Positions 1 to 8,814 of a DNA stretch of 59,821 nt are shown piece by piece (within the stretch, counting starts at the first letter, position 1; each line of letters opens with the position of its first letter). Both the position numbers and the translations under genes were made by a program. Under the pieces are notes generated by a model. The model was given only the letters and a program-made list of their open reading frames with translations, ran no database searches and was not told the DNA's origin. The stretch comes from a virus (lineage: Duplodnaviria > Caudoviricetes), in the IMG/VR virus record IMGVR_UViG_3300018080_000197, positions 1 to 59,821 of that record; one strand, written 5' to 3'.

Positions 1-650
1 AGACGGCCAAGACGGCCAAGACGGCCAAGACGGCCAAGACGGCCAAGACGGCCAAGACGGCCAAGACGGCCAAGACGGCCAAGACGGCCAAGACGGCCAA
101 GACGGCCAAGACCTCTTCCCCCAGCAAGCCGAAGGGGAAGCCGAAGGCCAAGACTTCCAGTGCCACGGCTGGAGACAGAGGGTGTGCGGCATTCATCCGG
201 CAGTGTTACACGGAAGGGGGATACAACACTCCCACGGATGAAATCCGCCAGAAGTGTGTCGAGAAGTTCCCCAACCATCGGGCTCCCCTGAACCCGTTCT
301 ACATACCCAAGATCAGGAGAGAAATGGTGGCCGCAGGGAAGCTGACCAAACCGGCTTCTACCTCCAAGCCTGAGACCACCAAACCGCGCAAGACACGTGG
401 AGGGGGTGAGTCCGCCACCACGAAGACCGGCGGTGTCCAGCGGAAGGCCGGGCGGACAGCTAAGGCGAAAACCCGGGCCAAATCCGTGCGGGCGCCGTCC
501 ACGGACAAGACTGGTGCAACCGTCAAGTCCAGGTCTTCAAAGGACAAGGGTGCGGCCAAGGCCAAGGCCGCGTCCAAGGCCGTGTCACCGCGGAAGCCGA
601 AGGCCGGACGGTCTTCCACCAAGAAGGCCGCGTCCAAGGCGTCTTCCTGA
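1..650 (+). CDS. 3' part of a histone H1-like basic protein (gene starts at 59497 across the circular junction)
   Basis: Open frame from the (KTA)n repeat through a small domain (GCAAFIRQCYTEGG...IRREMVAAGKL) into a K/A/S-rich tail; continuous with track ORF 324..650. Confidence 0.7.
   Translation, partial: TAKTAKTAKTAKTAKTAKTAKTAKTAKTAKTAKTAKTSSPSKPKGKPKAKTSSATAGDRGCAAFIRQCYTEGGYNTPTDEIRQKCVEKFPNHRAPLNPFYIPKIRREMVAAGKLTKPASTSKPETTKPRKTRGGGESATTKTGGVQRKAGRTAKAKTRAKSVRAPSTDKTGATVKSRSSKDKGAAKAKAASKAVSPRKPKAGRSSTKKAASKASS
2..109 (+). repeat. 9-bp tandem repeat GACGGCCAA x12 (encodes K-T-A)
   Basis: Counted directly; truncated by the window start; 5 copies at 59670-59714. Confidence 0.95.
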
Positions 651-659
651 CGACGGGAA

Positions 660-695
660 AGGGGAGGCGGGACCGTTCCAGGTTCCGTCTCCCCT
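660..695 (+). other. GC-rich stem-loop after the H1-like gene (no U-tract)
   Basis: AGGGGAGGCGGGACC / GGTTCCGTCTCCCCT with G-U pairs, 6-nt loop. Confidence 0.55.
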
Positions 696-715
696 ACGCA
701 TCACCGGAGGGGTGT

Positions 716-2113
716 ATGCCGCACCGTTTGTCAAAACGCAAGCTGTATCCACACCAACAGGACATGTTGTCCTATTGCAGGCGTGAGGAACACCCGGCCC
801 TATTTGTGGAAATGCGTTTGGGGAAGTGTGTGGTAGCCATTCGTCGTTGTCAGACATACACGCCGCGTAATCCAGGTCTAGGTCTAAGAGTATTGATAGT
901 TGCCCCGTTCTCTGCGCTGGACGGCTGGGAGAGGGAATTGCGTCTGGAAGGGGAGAAAGGCGTGGTGTATCTGACAGGGGAGAAAGGCGCGCGCTTCAAA
1001 GCCTTATGGGGTGCATCCTGGACGGCCGGGAACCAATGGTGTCTATTCAACAAAGAGGGGCACCTTAGCCTCCCGGAGGTCATGGACGTTTGGTGGGATG
1101 CTGTGATCCTGGACGAAAGCCATTTTATAAAGAATCCACAAGCCCAAGTAACCGAATTCTTTCTGAACCGCTTCGGGGACGTCCCGCATAGGTGGTTGTT
1201 GACCGGGACGCCCAACCCACAGGGAGACTTGGACCTGTGGACCCAACTAGCCTTCCTGGACGGCAAGGCGTTCGGACATGCCAGCTATTGGGATTTTCGC
1301 GCGTCCAGGTTCTCATGTCCTGTTTGGAGCCATGACTGGAAACCCAATGTGGGGACTCGAACCCTAGTCAAGCGGACACTGGCGGAACGTGCCTTCGTCT
1401 TGAAAAAGGCGGATGTAGGGCTAGAGATTCCCACAGTGTATGAACGGCGCTTGCTGGAACTGCCTGGAGAGGTTCAGGACGCTTACAGAACGGCAGAGGA
1501 AGAGTTCCTGCTGGAGTGGAAGGGGAAAGAGGTCAAGGACACCAAACACGCCGTAGTCCGCCTTCAATGGCTACGACAGTTGTGCTCCGGATACCTGGAC
1601 GGGGAGTTTATCTGGCGCGGGAAATACACTGAGCTGGTGACTCTGCTTCAGGGAGAATTAGCCCATGAACCCGTAGTGGTGTGGTTCAACTACAACAACC
1701 AACTCCGGCAGGCGGCGCAAATGCTGGAGGTCCACGGCATGGACCCGGCCATAGTCTACGGGGATATAAACAAAGCGTCGCGCCGGGAAGAGTTCTCCAG
1801 GTTCCGGGAGGGGAAGACCCGTATCCTGCTGGCACAGCAAGCCGTTGCTCAAACAGGTCTTGACCTTTCAATAGCTGATACCTGTATCTACTTCAACCCA
1901 CCGCTGGGGACTCTGGCGCGTAGTCAGACAGAGGCGCGGATAGAACGTCTGGGGAAACGCGGTCCCCTGCTGGTTGTGGACCTCTGTGTCAAGGACTCTG
2001 TGGATACGGATATCCTGGACGCGCTACAGGACAAGACCGAGGATCAAACCCGGATGTTGCGGAGGGTCCTGACCCTCATTAGGAGACGAAACAGAAATGT
2101 CACACATAGTTGA
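716..2113 (+). CDS. SNF2-like superfamily 2 helicase
   Basis: Q-motif LYPHQ, MRLGKC (motif I), LDESH (motif II), LTGTP (motif III), GLDL and QTEARIER (motifs V/VI). Confidence 0.9.
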   Translation: MPHRLSKRKLYPHQQDMLSYCRREEHPALFVEMRLGKCVVAIRRCQTYTPRNPGLGLRVLIVAPFSALDGWERELRLEGEKGVVYLTGEKGARFKALWGASWTAGNQWCLFNKEGHLSLPEVMDVWWDAVILDESHFIKNPQAQVTEFFLNRFGDVPHRWLLTGTPNPQGDLDLWTQLAFLDGKAFGHASYWDFRASRFSCPVWSHDWKPNVGTRTLVKRTLAERAFVLKKADVGLEIPTVYERRLLELPGEVQDAYRTAEEEFLLEWKGKEVKDTKHAVVRLQWLRQLCSGYLDGEFIWRGKYTELVTLLQGELAHEPVVVWFNYNNQLRQAAQMLEVHGMDPAIVYGDINKASRREEFSRFREGKTRILLAQQAVAQTGLDLSIADTCIYFNPPLGTLARSQTEARIERLGKRGPLLVVDLCVKDSVDTDILDALQDKTEDQTRMLRRVLTLIRRRNRNVTHS

Positions 2114-2645
2114 TTTGTTAGAGTTAGATCAACATCCCGTAAATGCTGGGTTGTTGACTGTAGACCCCGGATTGGGAGGAACGGGACTGGCCTTCTGGAA
2201 GGACTTCACCGTTTGGGAATCAGAGGGAGTGCGTCCCCCGGATAGTGTCCATTCCCTGCGCACGGGGAGGCAGGATTCCCATTGGTGGGATAGGTGCATC
2301 AGACTGTCCAAATCGTTCGAGCTGATTATGAGGCGCTACCGTTGGCCGGGACTGGTAGTGGTTGAAGGGCAAGAACTCTGGTCTTCCAGCGGAACCAGTC
2401 AAGCGTCCGTGGGGAAGGGAGATATGTTCAAGACGGCTTATCTGGTGGGTATGATAGGCCACACAGTGCATGGTGGACGTTGCATTTGCAGGCTGGTTCC
2501 TCCCTCACAGTGGAAGGGCCAGCTTTCCAAACAAGCGGTGGTCAAGCGGATCAAACGGAGACTCCCTGACGTGGAGGACGCCTGTCTGGCGGATCACGTC
2601 TCGGACGCCGTTGGTCTAGGTCTTTTTCTCATGGGAGGACTCTGA
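2097..2645 (+). CDS. RuvC-like Holliday junction resolvase
   Basis: VDPGLGGTGLA, VVVEG, PSQWK and DHVSDAVGLG match the RNase H-fold RuvC catalytic layout. Confidence 0.8.
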   Translation: MSHIVDLLELDQHPVNAGLLTVDPGLGGTGLAFWKDFTVWESEGVRPPDSVHSLRTGRQDSHWWDRCIRLSKSFELIMRRYRWPGLVVVEGQELWSSSGTSQASVGKGDMFKTAYLVGMIGHTVHGGRCICRLVPPSQWKGQLSKQAVVKRIKRRLPDVEDACLADHVSDAVGLGLFLMGGL

Positions 2646-2648
2646 GCA

Positions 2649-2888
2649 ATGTCAGACAAGAAGTCCAACACAAACGGACAAGCTGTAGCTGTGACTTGCA
2701 GACCGGACAGGCTGATATCCTTTCTGGAATGCGTCTCTGAGGTGGTGGAGAAGATACGGGAGGTAGGGACGTCCGAGAGTGTAGTCCTTTACGTTAGGCC
2801 GGGAGATACCAAGCGTCCGTTGTCTGTGGTTGTAAGAGGCAATGTAGACCTCATTGACGACACGGCTTCAGCGGAGGTGTGCTCGTGA
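2649..2888 (+). CDS. hypothetical protein
   Basis: 79-aa ORF tightly packed between neighbours; stop overlaps next start (GTGA). Confidence 0.6.
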   Translation: MSDKKSNTNGQAVAVTCRPDRLISFLECVSEVVEKIREVGTSESVVLYVRPGDTKRPLSVVVRGNVDLIDDTASAEVCS

Positions 2889-3469
2889 GTCTGGAGAATT
2901 GGTATCGCTGCACGGCGTGTCCCCTGTCCCGCTTCCGGAGGCGTGTGGTTCTGGGGAAGGGGACTATACCTGCGCAGATACTAATTGTGGGGGAAGCGCC
3001 GGGGAAGTCCGAGGACCTCCGCGGTGAACCGTTTGTTGGTCCGGCGGGAAGGATACTCCACAGCGCCATAGAGGATGCTACGGAACTAAGTGAACACACG
3101 TTGACCCCTACCATCTACATCACCAACACAGTGGCGTGTAGGCCAACGGATACTCCCAGAGGACCCAATAGGGAACCCACCAAGAAAGAGATTCTGACGT
3201 GTATGCCCCGGTTCCAAGCTACTGTGCGGATGGTAGCTCCACAGGAAGTGATTCTGCTGGGCAAGGTGGCAGAGGTGGCATACAAACGGCTGTATCCGGA
3301 TGCCGTGTGCCTCCGACACCCGGCATACATCTTGCGGAAGGGAGGAACGGAATCCACGGAATACAGAGGACTGGTAAGGGGCCTGGTGGACGTTTTCAAC
3401 AAGATTCCCGTGGAGCACCACAGCCACGGACGCACTATTCACAGGCGGAGGAAGAATGAGCAATCGTAG
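2885..3469 (+). CDS. uracil-DNA glycosylase, family 4-like (Fe-S)
   Basis: CTACPL, GEAPG, PFVGPAG, TNTVACRP, NREP and HPAY motifs. Confidence 0.9.
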   Translation: MSLENWYRCTACPLSRFRRRVVLGKGTIPAQILIVGEAPGKSEDLRGEPFVGPAGRILHSAIEDATELSEHTLTPTIYITNTVACRPTDTPRGPNREPTKKEILTCMPRFQATVRMVAPQEVILLGKVAEVAYKRLYPDAVCLRHPAYILRKGGTESTEYRGLVRGLVDVFNKIPVEHHSHGRTIHRRRKNEQS

Positions 3470-4445
3470 GATTTCAAAGTTTCGCAAGTGGTCCACAGGA
3501 TACCGTCTGGAGGATGGTGTTACGCAGTCCATGTTGTCCGCCTTTCTGGCCTGCCGGAGGCGGATGCTATATGAACTGGCGGGTTGGGAGTCCGTGAAGC
3601 AGAAATCCAGCCTGCGGCTAGGGTCTATGGCTCATGATGTTCTTCACCAGTATCATCTTGGGATCATAGGTGGGAAGGTGCGTCAACCCCAGCAGGCCGA
3701 CCGGATCATCCGGGGGACTGTGGACAAATGCCTGCGGAAGAACCTGAAGGAATCCAGCGCCGTCAACCCGGCGGAGGAAATGGAACTGGAAGCCGTCAAG
3801 GCGCGCGCCGTCCTGGAAGAATACGTCAGGTGGTGGACGGGAGACCTGGAGAGAGACTGGGAGGAAGTAGAAGCCACGTTCGACGTGCAGTTTCACGGCT
3901 TCCGTCTCAGGGGACGTATGGACGGACTCTATCGTAGGTCCAAGCGGCGGTTCGTTCTATACGAGACCAAGACCTTCTCCAGGATGAATGAGGACGAACT
4001 AACGGACAAGCTGTCATTCGACTTCCAGTGTCTGTTCTACTTGACCGCATTGCTCCATCGCGCAGACGGAATGGTCTCCCATGCCAGAGAAGCCCAGGAT
4101 GTGCTTTACAACATGATCCGGGTCCCCCAGCTAGTCCAGGGAGACAAAGAAACCTCCGGACAGTTTGTGGGGAGAATACGCGAGGACGTGCGGACACGTC
4201 CGGAACACTACTTCAAGCGCTTCGATTTGAACTTTCCCCCAGAGATACGGGAAGAGTTCGAGGATGAATTGCTTCTGAAGCTGCGAGAGTTTGAAACTTG
4301 GCTGGGAGGACACCTAGCCACTTACAAAACGGAAGGGTCCTGCTTCACACGGTGGTCCTGTCCGTTCGTTCATGCGTGCGCCTCCGGGAGACTTCGGCCG
4401 CACTACGCCCAGACGCGCATTCTGTTCAGAGAACTTCTGGATTAG
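3456..4445 (+). CDS. PD-(D/E)XK (Cas4/RecB-like) exonuclease
   Basis: ACRRR, GSMAH, RGRMDG...YETKT, QCLFY, C-terminal Cys cluster C..WSCPF...C. Confidence 0.85.
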   Translation: MSNRRISKFRKWSTGYRLEDGVTQSMLSAFLACRRRMLYELAGWESVKQKSSLRLGSMAHDVLHQYHLGIIGGKVRQPQQADRIIRGTVDKCLRKNLKESSAVNPAEEMELEAVKARAVLEEYVRWWTGDLERDWEEVEATFDVQFHGFRLRGRMDGLYRRSKRRFVLYETKTFSRMNEDELTDKLSFDFQCLFYLTALLHRADGMVSHAREAQDVLYNMIRVPQLVQGDKETSGQFVGRIREDVRTRPEHYFKRFDLNFPPEIREEFEDELLLKLREFETWLGGHLATYKTEGSCFTRWSCPFVHACASGRLRPHYAQTRILFRELLD

Positions 4446-4456
4446 GAGCACCAGTT

Positions 4457-5440
4457 ATGGCCCTAAAGCACAAACGAGTATCCCTTGTGCGCAAGGGAAG
4501 TGGAAAGACCGTATCCGAGCAAGCCTTGGATATGTCCAAGTTCCCCGGACTGCCTACAGAGAAGAAAGGTCCTATCACGGAATTCCTTCTCTACACCACG
4601 CTACTGTATGGGAGAGAGGGTGTGGGGAAGACCAAGACATTCTCCACGTTCCCCAACGCCTTGTTCCTCTCCACGGAGCCGGGGACAAAGGGGCTGAAGG
4701 TGTTCGAGTATAACGCCGCTGGCGGAGGTTGTAAGTCGTGGGAATACATTCTGGCGGCGTGTGAGTTGTTGGAGAAGACAGAGGAATTCGACTACGTAGT
4801 CATGGATACCGTAGACAGGGCGTATGACATGGCTATGGACTACGTATGTGCCAAACTGGGGATAGACTACCCCGGACGCACTGTGGACGACCAAGAGGAC
4901 TTCGGCAAGAGCTGGAAGAAAATCCGTCAGGAGTTCCTACGGGCAATCAACCGGATAGTCCAGACCGGCAGAGGCGTAGGCTTCACCTCCCATGCGATAG
5001 AGGAAGACGTGAAACGTCCGGACGGGTCCAGCTACCACCAAATCCGGCCTACCATGTCCAAGCAGGCGCGGAAGGTGGTGGAACCTCTGGTGGACTTCGC
5101 CTTCTACTGCGATTATGTTCGTGGGGCGGACAACAAGGTCCACCGCGTCATGTTCACCAAGGCCACGGAAATGGTGTTCGCCAAGGAACGCGAACTTCCC
5201 GGACAGGCCGTTTCTCTCCCAGCAGTGCTCCCGGTCACGCCGGACGGCGGATACGAAATCCTGGAGGCGGCGTTCTCCGGGAAAAACGTGGGATTGGACC
5301 CTCGGACGCTAATGCCCCCCAGAAACGCCAGTCCGATAGTCCAGAAGTTCATGGCCCAACAACACAAACTTGCGCACAAGTCACCCTCTGCGGTCAAAAC
5401 GGGACACCGCGGTGTGACACTCACACGGAAGGGAGGATAG
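4457..5440 (+). CDS. Sak4-like (AAA_24) recombination ATPase
   Basis: Walker A YGREGVGKT, Walker B VVMDT, TSH; lies between exonuclease and SSB-like gene; GGAG before ATG 4457. Confidence 0.8.
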   Translation: MALKHKRVSLVRKGSGKTVSEQALDMSKFPGLPTEKKGPITEFLLYTTLLYGREGVGKTKTFSTFPNALFLSTEPGTKGLKVFEYNAAGGGCKSWEYILAACELLEKTEEFDYVVMDTVDRAYDMAMDYVCAKLGIDYPGRTVDDQEDFGKSWKKIRQEFLRAINRIVQTGRGVGFTSHAIEEDVKRPDGSSYHQIRPTMSKQARKVVEPLVDFAFYCDYVRGADNKVHRVMFTKATEMVFAKERELPGQAVSLPAVLPVTPDGGYEILEAAFSGKNVGLDPRTLMPPRNASPIVQKFMAQQHKLAHKSPSAVKTGHRGVTLTRKGG

Positions 5441-5507
5441 CCAACTCACCAGTTCGCTAGGTTGACGTTAGTTCACTTTGTTCAAACAGGAGAAAGGAAT
5501 TCAAGCA

Positions 5508-6710
5508 ATGGCAAAGACGCAAGGCAAGTCCAGGACCTCTGTGTTCCAGCAGAGAATGGGCAAAATGCAGGCCAACTATGAAGCCTCCAAGGAAAACAGG
5601 TTCGGAGGCAAGTTCCCGGACGGAACGTTCCGGTTCCAGCTTCAGGAACTCGAGGGACGGGAGTCCAGGTCCTCTAAGGGGGACGATGGTCTTCCGAGAC
5701 TGTTCGTCTACGGCGAACTCTACTGCATGGAAGGCGAGAACGTAGGCAAAATCTTCCGGCAGAACTTCATGGTGGATACGGACGGCGGACTGTCCATGCT
5801 GTGCCAGTTCCTGGAGGACCTCGGCGGAGAACTCCCCGAGGAAGCCAAGGACCTGGAAGAGGCTATAGCCGAGGTCGCCGATCGTGCGCCCATCATTCAG
5901 GGAACTGTTTCCACGTCGGACCGTGGTTTCCAGAATCTGCGGGTAGACCGTCTGCTCCAGGAGAGCGCGGAGAAGGCGGAGGGGGAGTCCGGCGGAGACG
6001 ACGACGGTGACAGCGCCACAGAGGGACAGGGAGAGGAATCCGACGCGGAGGAAGCGATTACCCGCGAATGGGTAGCCGACGCCACCAGAGACCAGTTGGC
6101 GGAAGTCATTGACGCCTACGGTCTGAGCGTCGAAGTCCCCCAGCGTGTGACCACCAAGAAACGCGAGGAAGTCCTTGCGGCGCTGGTGGAGGAAGGCGTC
6201 ATAGAGGAAGAGGAAGAGGAAGAACCTGCCGATGGTGGTTCGGACGGTGACGCCTCCCAGAACGACGCCCCTCCCGCCCTGTCGGCGGACGACTGCCTGA
6301 AGATGGAACCGGAGGCGCTGGCCGAAGCGGTCAAGGACTTCGGTCTGGACGTCAAGGTCCCCAAGAAACTCACCAAGAAGCGCAGGGACCAAATCATCAT
6401 AGCCTTGGACGAAGCTGGCGCTTTCGACGCGCCTGCGGAGAAGGCTCCCGTCCAGGCCAAATCCGGGAAGGCGGCGGCGGGAAAACCGGCCGCACCGGCC
6501 AAACGGACTCTGACTCGCAAGAAGAAAGAGTCCGAGGGTCCGTCTGTGGACGAGCTGCGGGAACTGGCGGCGACTCTGGGAGTCACCGTGGAGGACGACG
6601 CGGACAGGGACGCCGTGGTTACGGCTATCAACCTGTATGAGTATCAGCGTTCCGAACTCACGGATGACGAAGTCGCCATGCTGGAATCCATTGGCGCGGA
6701 CCTCAAATGA
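5508..6710 (+). CDS. ssDNA-binding-like protein with long acidic region and helical repeats
   Basis: N-terminal beta-rich domain (FPDGTFRFQL...GKIFRQNF...FQNLRV) typical of SSBs after Sak4 genes; strong RBS AGGAGAAAGGA. Confidence 0.6.
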   Translation: MAKTQGKSRTSVFQQRMGKMQANYEASKENRFGGKFPDGTFRFQLQELEGRESRSSKGDDGLPRLFVYGELYCMEGENVGKIFRQNFMVDTDGGLSMLCQFLEDLGGELPEEAKDLEEAIAEVADRAPIIQGTVSTSDRGFQNLRVDRLLQESAEKAEGESGGDDDGDSATEGQGEESDAEEAITREWVADATRDQLAEVIDAYGLSVEVPQRVTTKKREEVLAALVEEGVIEEEEEEEPADGGSDGDASQNDAPPALSADDCLKMEPEALAEAVKDFGLDVKVPKKLTKKRRDQIIIALDEAGAFDAPAEKAPVQAKSGKAAAGKPAAPAKRTLTRKKKESEGPSVDELRELAATLGVTVEDDADRDAVVTAINLYEYQRSELTDDEVAMLESIGADLK

Positions 6711-6725
6711 CGGCCTGAGCGTCAC

Positions 6726-6757
6726 GGGGACCGGGGGTTTCTTCGCCTCCGGTCCCC
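6726..6757 (+). other. stem-loop just upstream of the DNA polymerase start
   Basis: GGGGACCGGGGG / CCTCCGGTCCCC, no U-tract. Confidence 0.55.
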
Positions 6758-6768
6758 ACTCTCCCACC

Positions 6769-8562
6769 ATGCGGAATGACCTGCCTACAGTAGCGTATGA
6801 CGTTGAAACGACCGGACTCCACATACACAGTGGAGCACGGATGTTCGCCTATGTGGTTACAGACGAAACGGGTAGTTCAGAGGTGAAGCGGTTGGACGGT
6901 TCCCCGGTCAGACGCCTGACCTCCAGGAAACACCTGGACAGCGTGTGGGATGACTCCCAAAAGGGGAGGCAGGCCAAGACTATGCACAACGCCAAGTTCG
7001 ACCTTCAGGCCACGGAAGTATATCTTGGAAAGCGTCTGGAAGGGCACGATATACACTGCACACATAAGATGGCCCATATCCTACAAAACCATCACCATGA
7101 CCTGAGTCTGGATAATCTGGCGTGGGAACTGGCGGAGTATCCCAGACAGGACGCGGCCATGAAGCGGTTGGCCAAAGTCTACGGCGGAGGGAAGTTGCGC
7201 TATGACAAGGTTCCGGAACGAGACATGACCCAGTATCAGATAGCGGACGGGGAACGCGGGATGCTGCTGTTTTTGTTCTTCTGGCCCAAGATACTAGCCA
7301 ACCCCAAGTGGTTGGAGTGTTACAACGTAGAACGAGAACTGATATGGACAACCATGCGGATGGAAGAACGTGGTCTTATGATCCGCCCTAAAGAGACTGG
7401 GAAACTAGTTGTGGAACTGGAGGACAAGGTAGATGCTTTGCAGGAGAGATTGTTTGACATGGTGGGTTGGCGTTTCAACCCCCTGAGTGACGACCAGTTG
7501 CGTAGGGTCCTCTTCAAGAAGCTGCGGCTTCCCGTGGGGAAGATGACCAAGAAGTCCAATAAGCCCTCTACGGACAAGAACGTATTACATGACCTGAAGG
7601 AAACCACCAACCATCCCGTGATAGACTTGATCCTCCAGATACGCGCATACACCAGAGGGGCGGGGACAGTGGGAAAGTATCTGGATTTGGCGGATGACGG
7701 CTGGATCATTCATCCCACTATCAATACCTGTAGGGCAATCACTGGACGGGAATCTTCGGAACACCCCAACCTCCAGAACGTGGAGAAGGAAGGCGTTCTC
7801 CTGAATCCCTACCCTGTAGCGGCTAGACGCTGCTTCCGCCCCAGAGTGGGATATGTGAACATACACGTGGACTACTCCGGGATAGAAATGCGTCTGTTGA
7901 TCTTCTATTCCAGGGACAAGAAAATGATAGCTTGTCTGAACACGGGGGACGGCGACGTTCACGCCTTGGCCGCTGCTGTGTTCTTCCAGGGTAGATTCAC
8001 AGAGGCGGAGAAGGACGCACGGAAGGTCTTACGCGGCGCTACCAAGAATGCCAACTTTGCCATTCCGTATGGAGCACAACCGGCCAAGGTAGCCGCAACG
8101 CTGGGGATGACTCTCCGGGAGGGAACCGCCGCATTCAGGCGCTACGGCAGAGAGTTCCCGGACATAGTGGCTTTGAACCGCCGCATTTCCCAGCAAGTGG
8201 AGGCGGAAGGCTTTGTGACCACCATCTTTGGGAGAAGGCTTCACGTTCCCCGTAACAAAGCCTATATGGGCACCAATTACCTCATTCAAGGCACAGGAGC
8301 ACAGATTCTCAAACGGGCACAAAACCGCGTCCACCGTTACAACGAGGAATACACGGGAGGGGAAGTGCGGTTGTTGCTGCCCATACATGATGAAATAGTC
8401 ATAGAGTATCCACGGAGCAGGTTGAAGGACCTTCCTGGGTATCTCAAAGACATACGGGACCTGATGGTGGACTTCCCCGAATTCGATATCCCGCTTGACG
8501 TGGAGGCTGGTATGTCCACGTTATGTTGGGCAGAGAAACGGGAGTTGACCATTCCAGACTGA
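6769..8562 (+). CDS. polA: family A DNA polymerase with 3'-5' exonuclease
   Basis: ExoI DVETTG, ExoII HNAKFD, motif A DYSGIEMR, motif B RGATKNANFAIPYG, motif C IHDE; start codon uncertain. Confidence 0.95.
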   Translation: MRNDLPTVAYDVETTGLHIHSGARMFAYVVTDETGSSEVKRLDGSPVRRLTSRKHLDSVWDDSQKGRQAKTMHNAKFDLQATEVYLGKRLEGHDIHCTHKMAHILQNHHHDLSLDNLAWELAEYPRQDAAMKRLAKVYGGGKLRYDKVPERDMTQYQIADGERGMLLFLFFWPKILANPKWLECYNVERELIWTTMRMEERGLMIRPKETGKLVVELEDKVDALQERLFDMVGWRFNPLSDDQLRRVLFKKLRLPVGKMTKKSNKPSTDKNVLHDLKETTNHPVIDLILQIRAYTRGAGTVGKYLDLADDGWIIHPTINTCRAITGRESSEHPNLQNVEKEGVLLNPYPVAARRCFRPRVGYVNIHVDYSGIEMRLLIFYSRDKKMIACLNTGDGDVHALAAAVFFQGRFTEAEKDARKVLRGATKNANFAIPYGAQPAKVAATLGMTLREGTAAFRRYGREFPDIVALNRRISQQVEAEGFVTTIFGRRLHVPRNKAYMGTNYLIQGTGAQILKRAQNRVHRYNEEYTGGEVRLLLPIHDEIVIEYPRSRLKDLPGYLKDIRDLMVDFPEFDIPLDVEAGMSTLCWAEKRELTIPD

Positions 8563-8574
8563 CGGGAGGATTCA

Positions 8575-8796
8575 ATGTCCGAAACACTGTCGCGCCGTCG
8601 TATAGCGAGGGGACGCGCACGGACCCGCGTGGACATAATCAACAGCTTGTGTAGAAAGGTAGGTGTTTGCCGCAGAGACTCGTCGAGCCAGTATCTGACC
8701 AAGACCGAGTGGCTGAAGCTGTCAGAGGCATTCGACGCCGGACAGCAGGCTTTGGAGAGGGAACAGGAACAACAGCAGGACAACGCCAGCAGCTAG
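8575..8796 (+). CDS. hypothetical protein
   Basis: RBS GGGAGG; 73 aa. Confidence 0.65.
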   Translation: MSETLSRRRIARGRARTRVDIINSLCRKVGVCRRDSSSQYLTKTEWLKLSEAFDAGQQALEREQEQQQDNASS

Positions 8797-8814
8797 AGAG
8801 GTCCAGGAACTCCA

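Noticed and set aside
1-110. Tandem repeat as CRISPR array or telomere
   Set aside because: 9-bp units without spacers, in frame within a coding region
3456-4445. Cas4-like gene as part of a CRISPR-Cas system
   Set aside because: No array or other cas genes; exonuclease-Sak4-SSB context indicates recombination
5457-6824. 455-aa minus-strand ORF and other long antisense ORFs (e.g. 32289-33263, 57453-58517)
   Set aside because: Shadows of well-supported + strand genes in GC-rich DNA; no motifs
6769-8562. Intein or intron in polymerase, terminase or helicase
   Set aside because: Normal lengths and uninterrupted motif order
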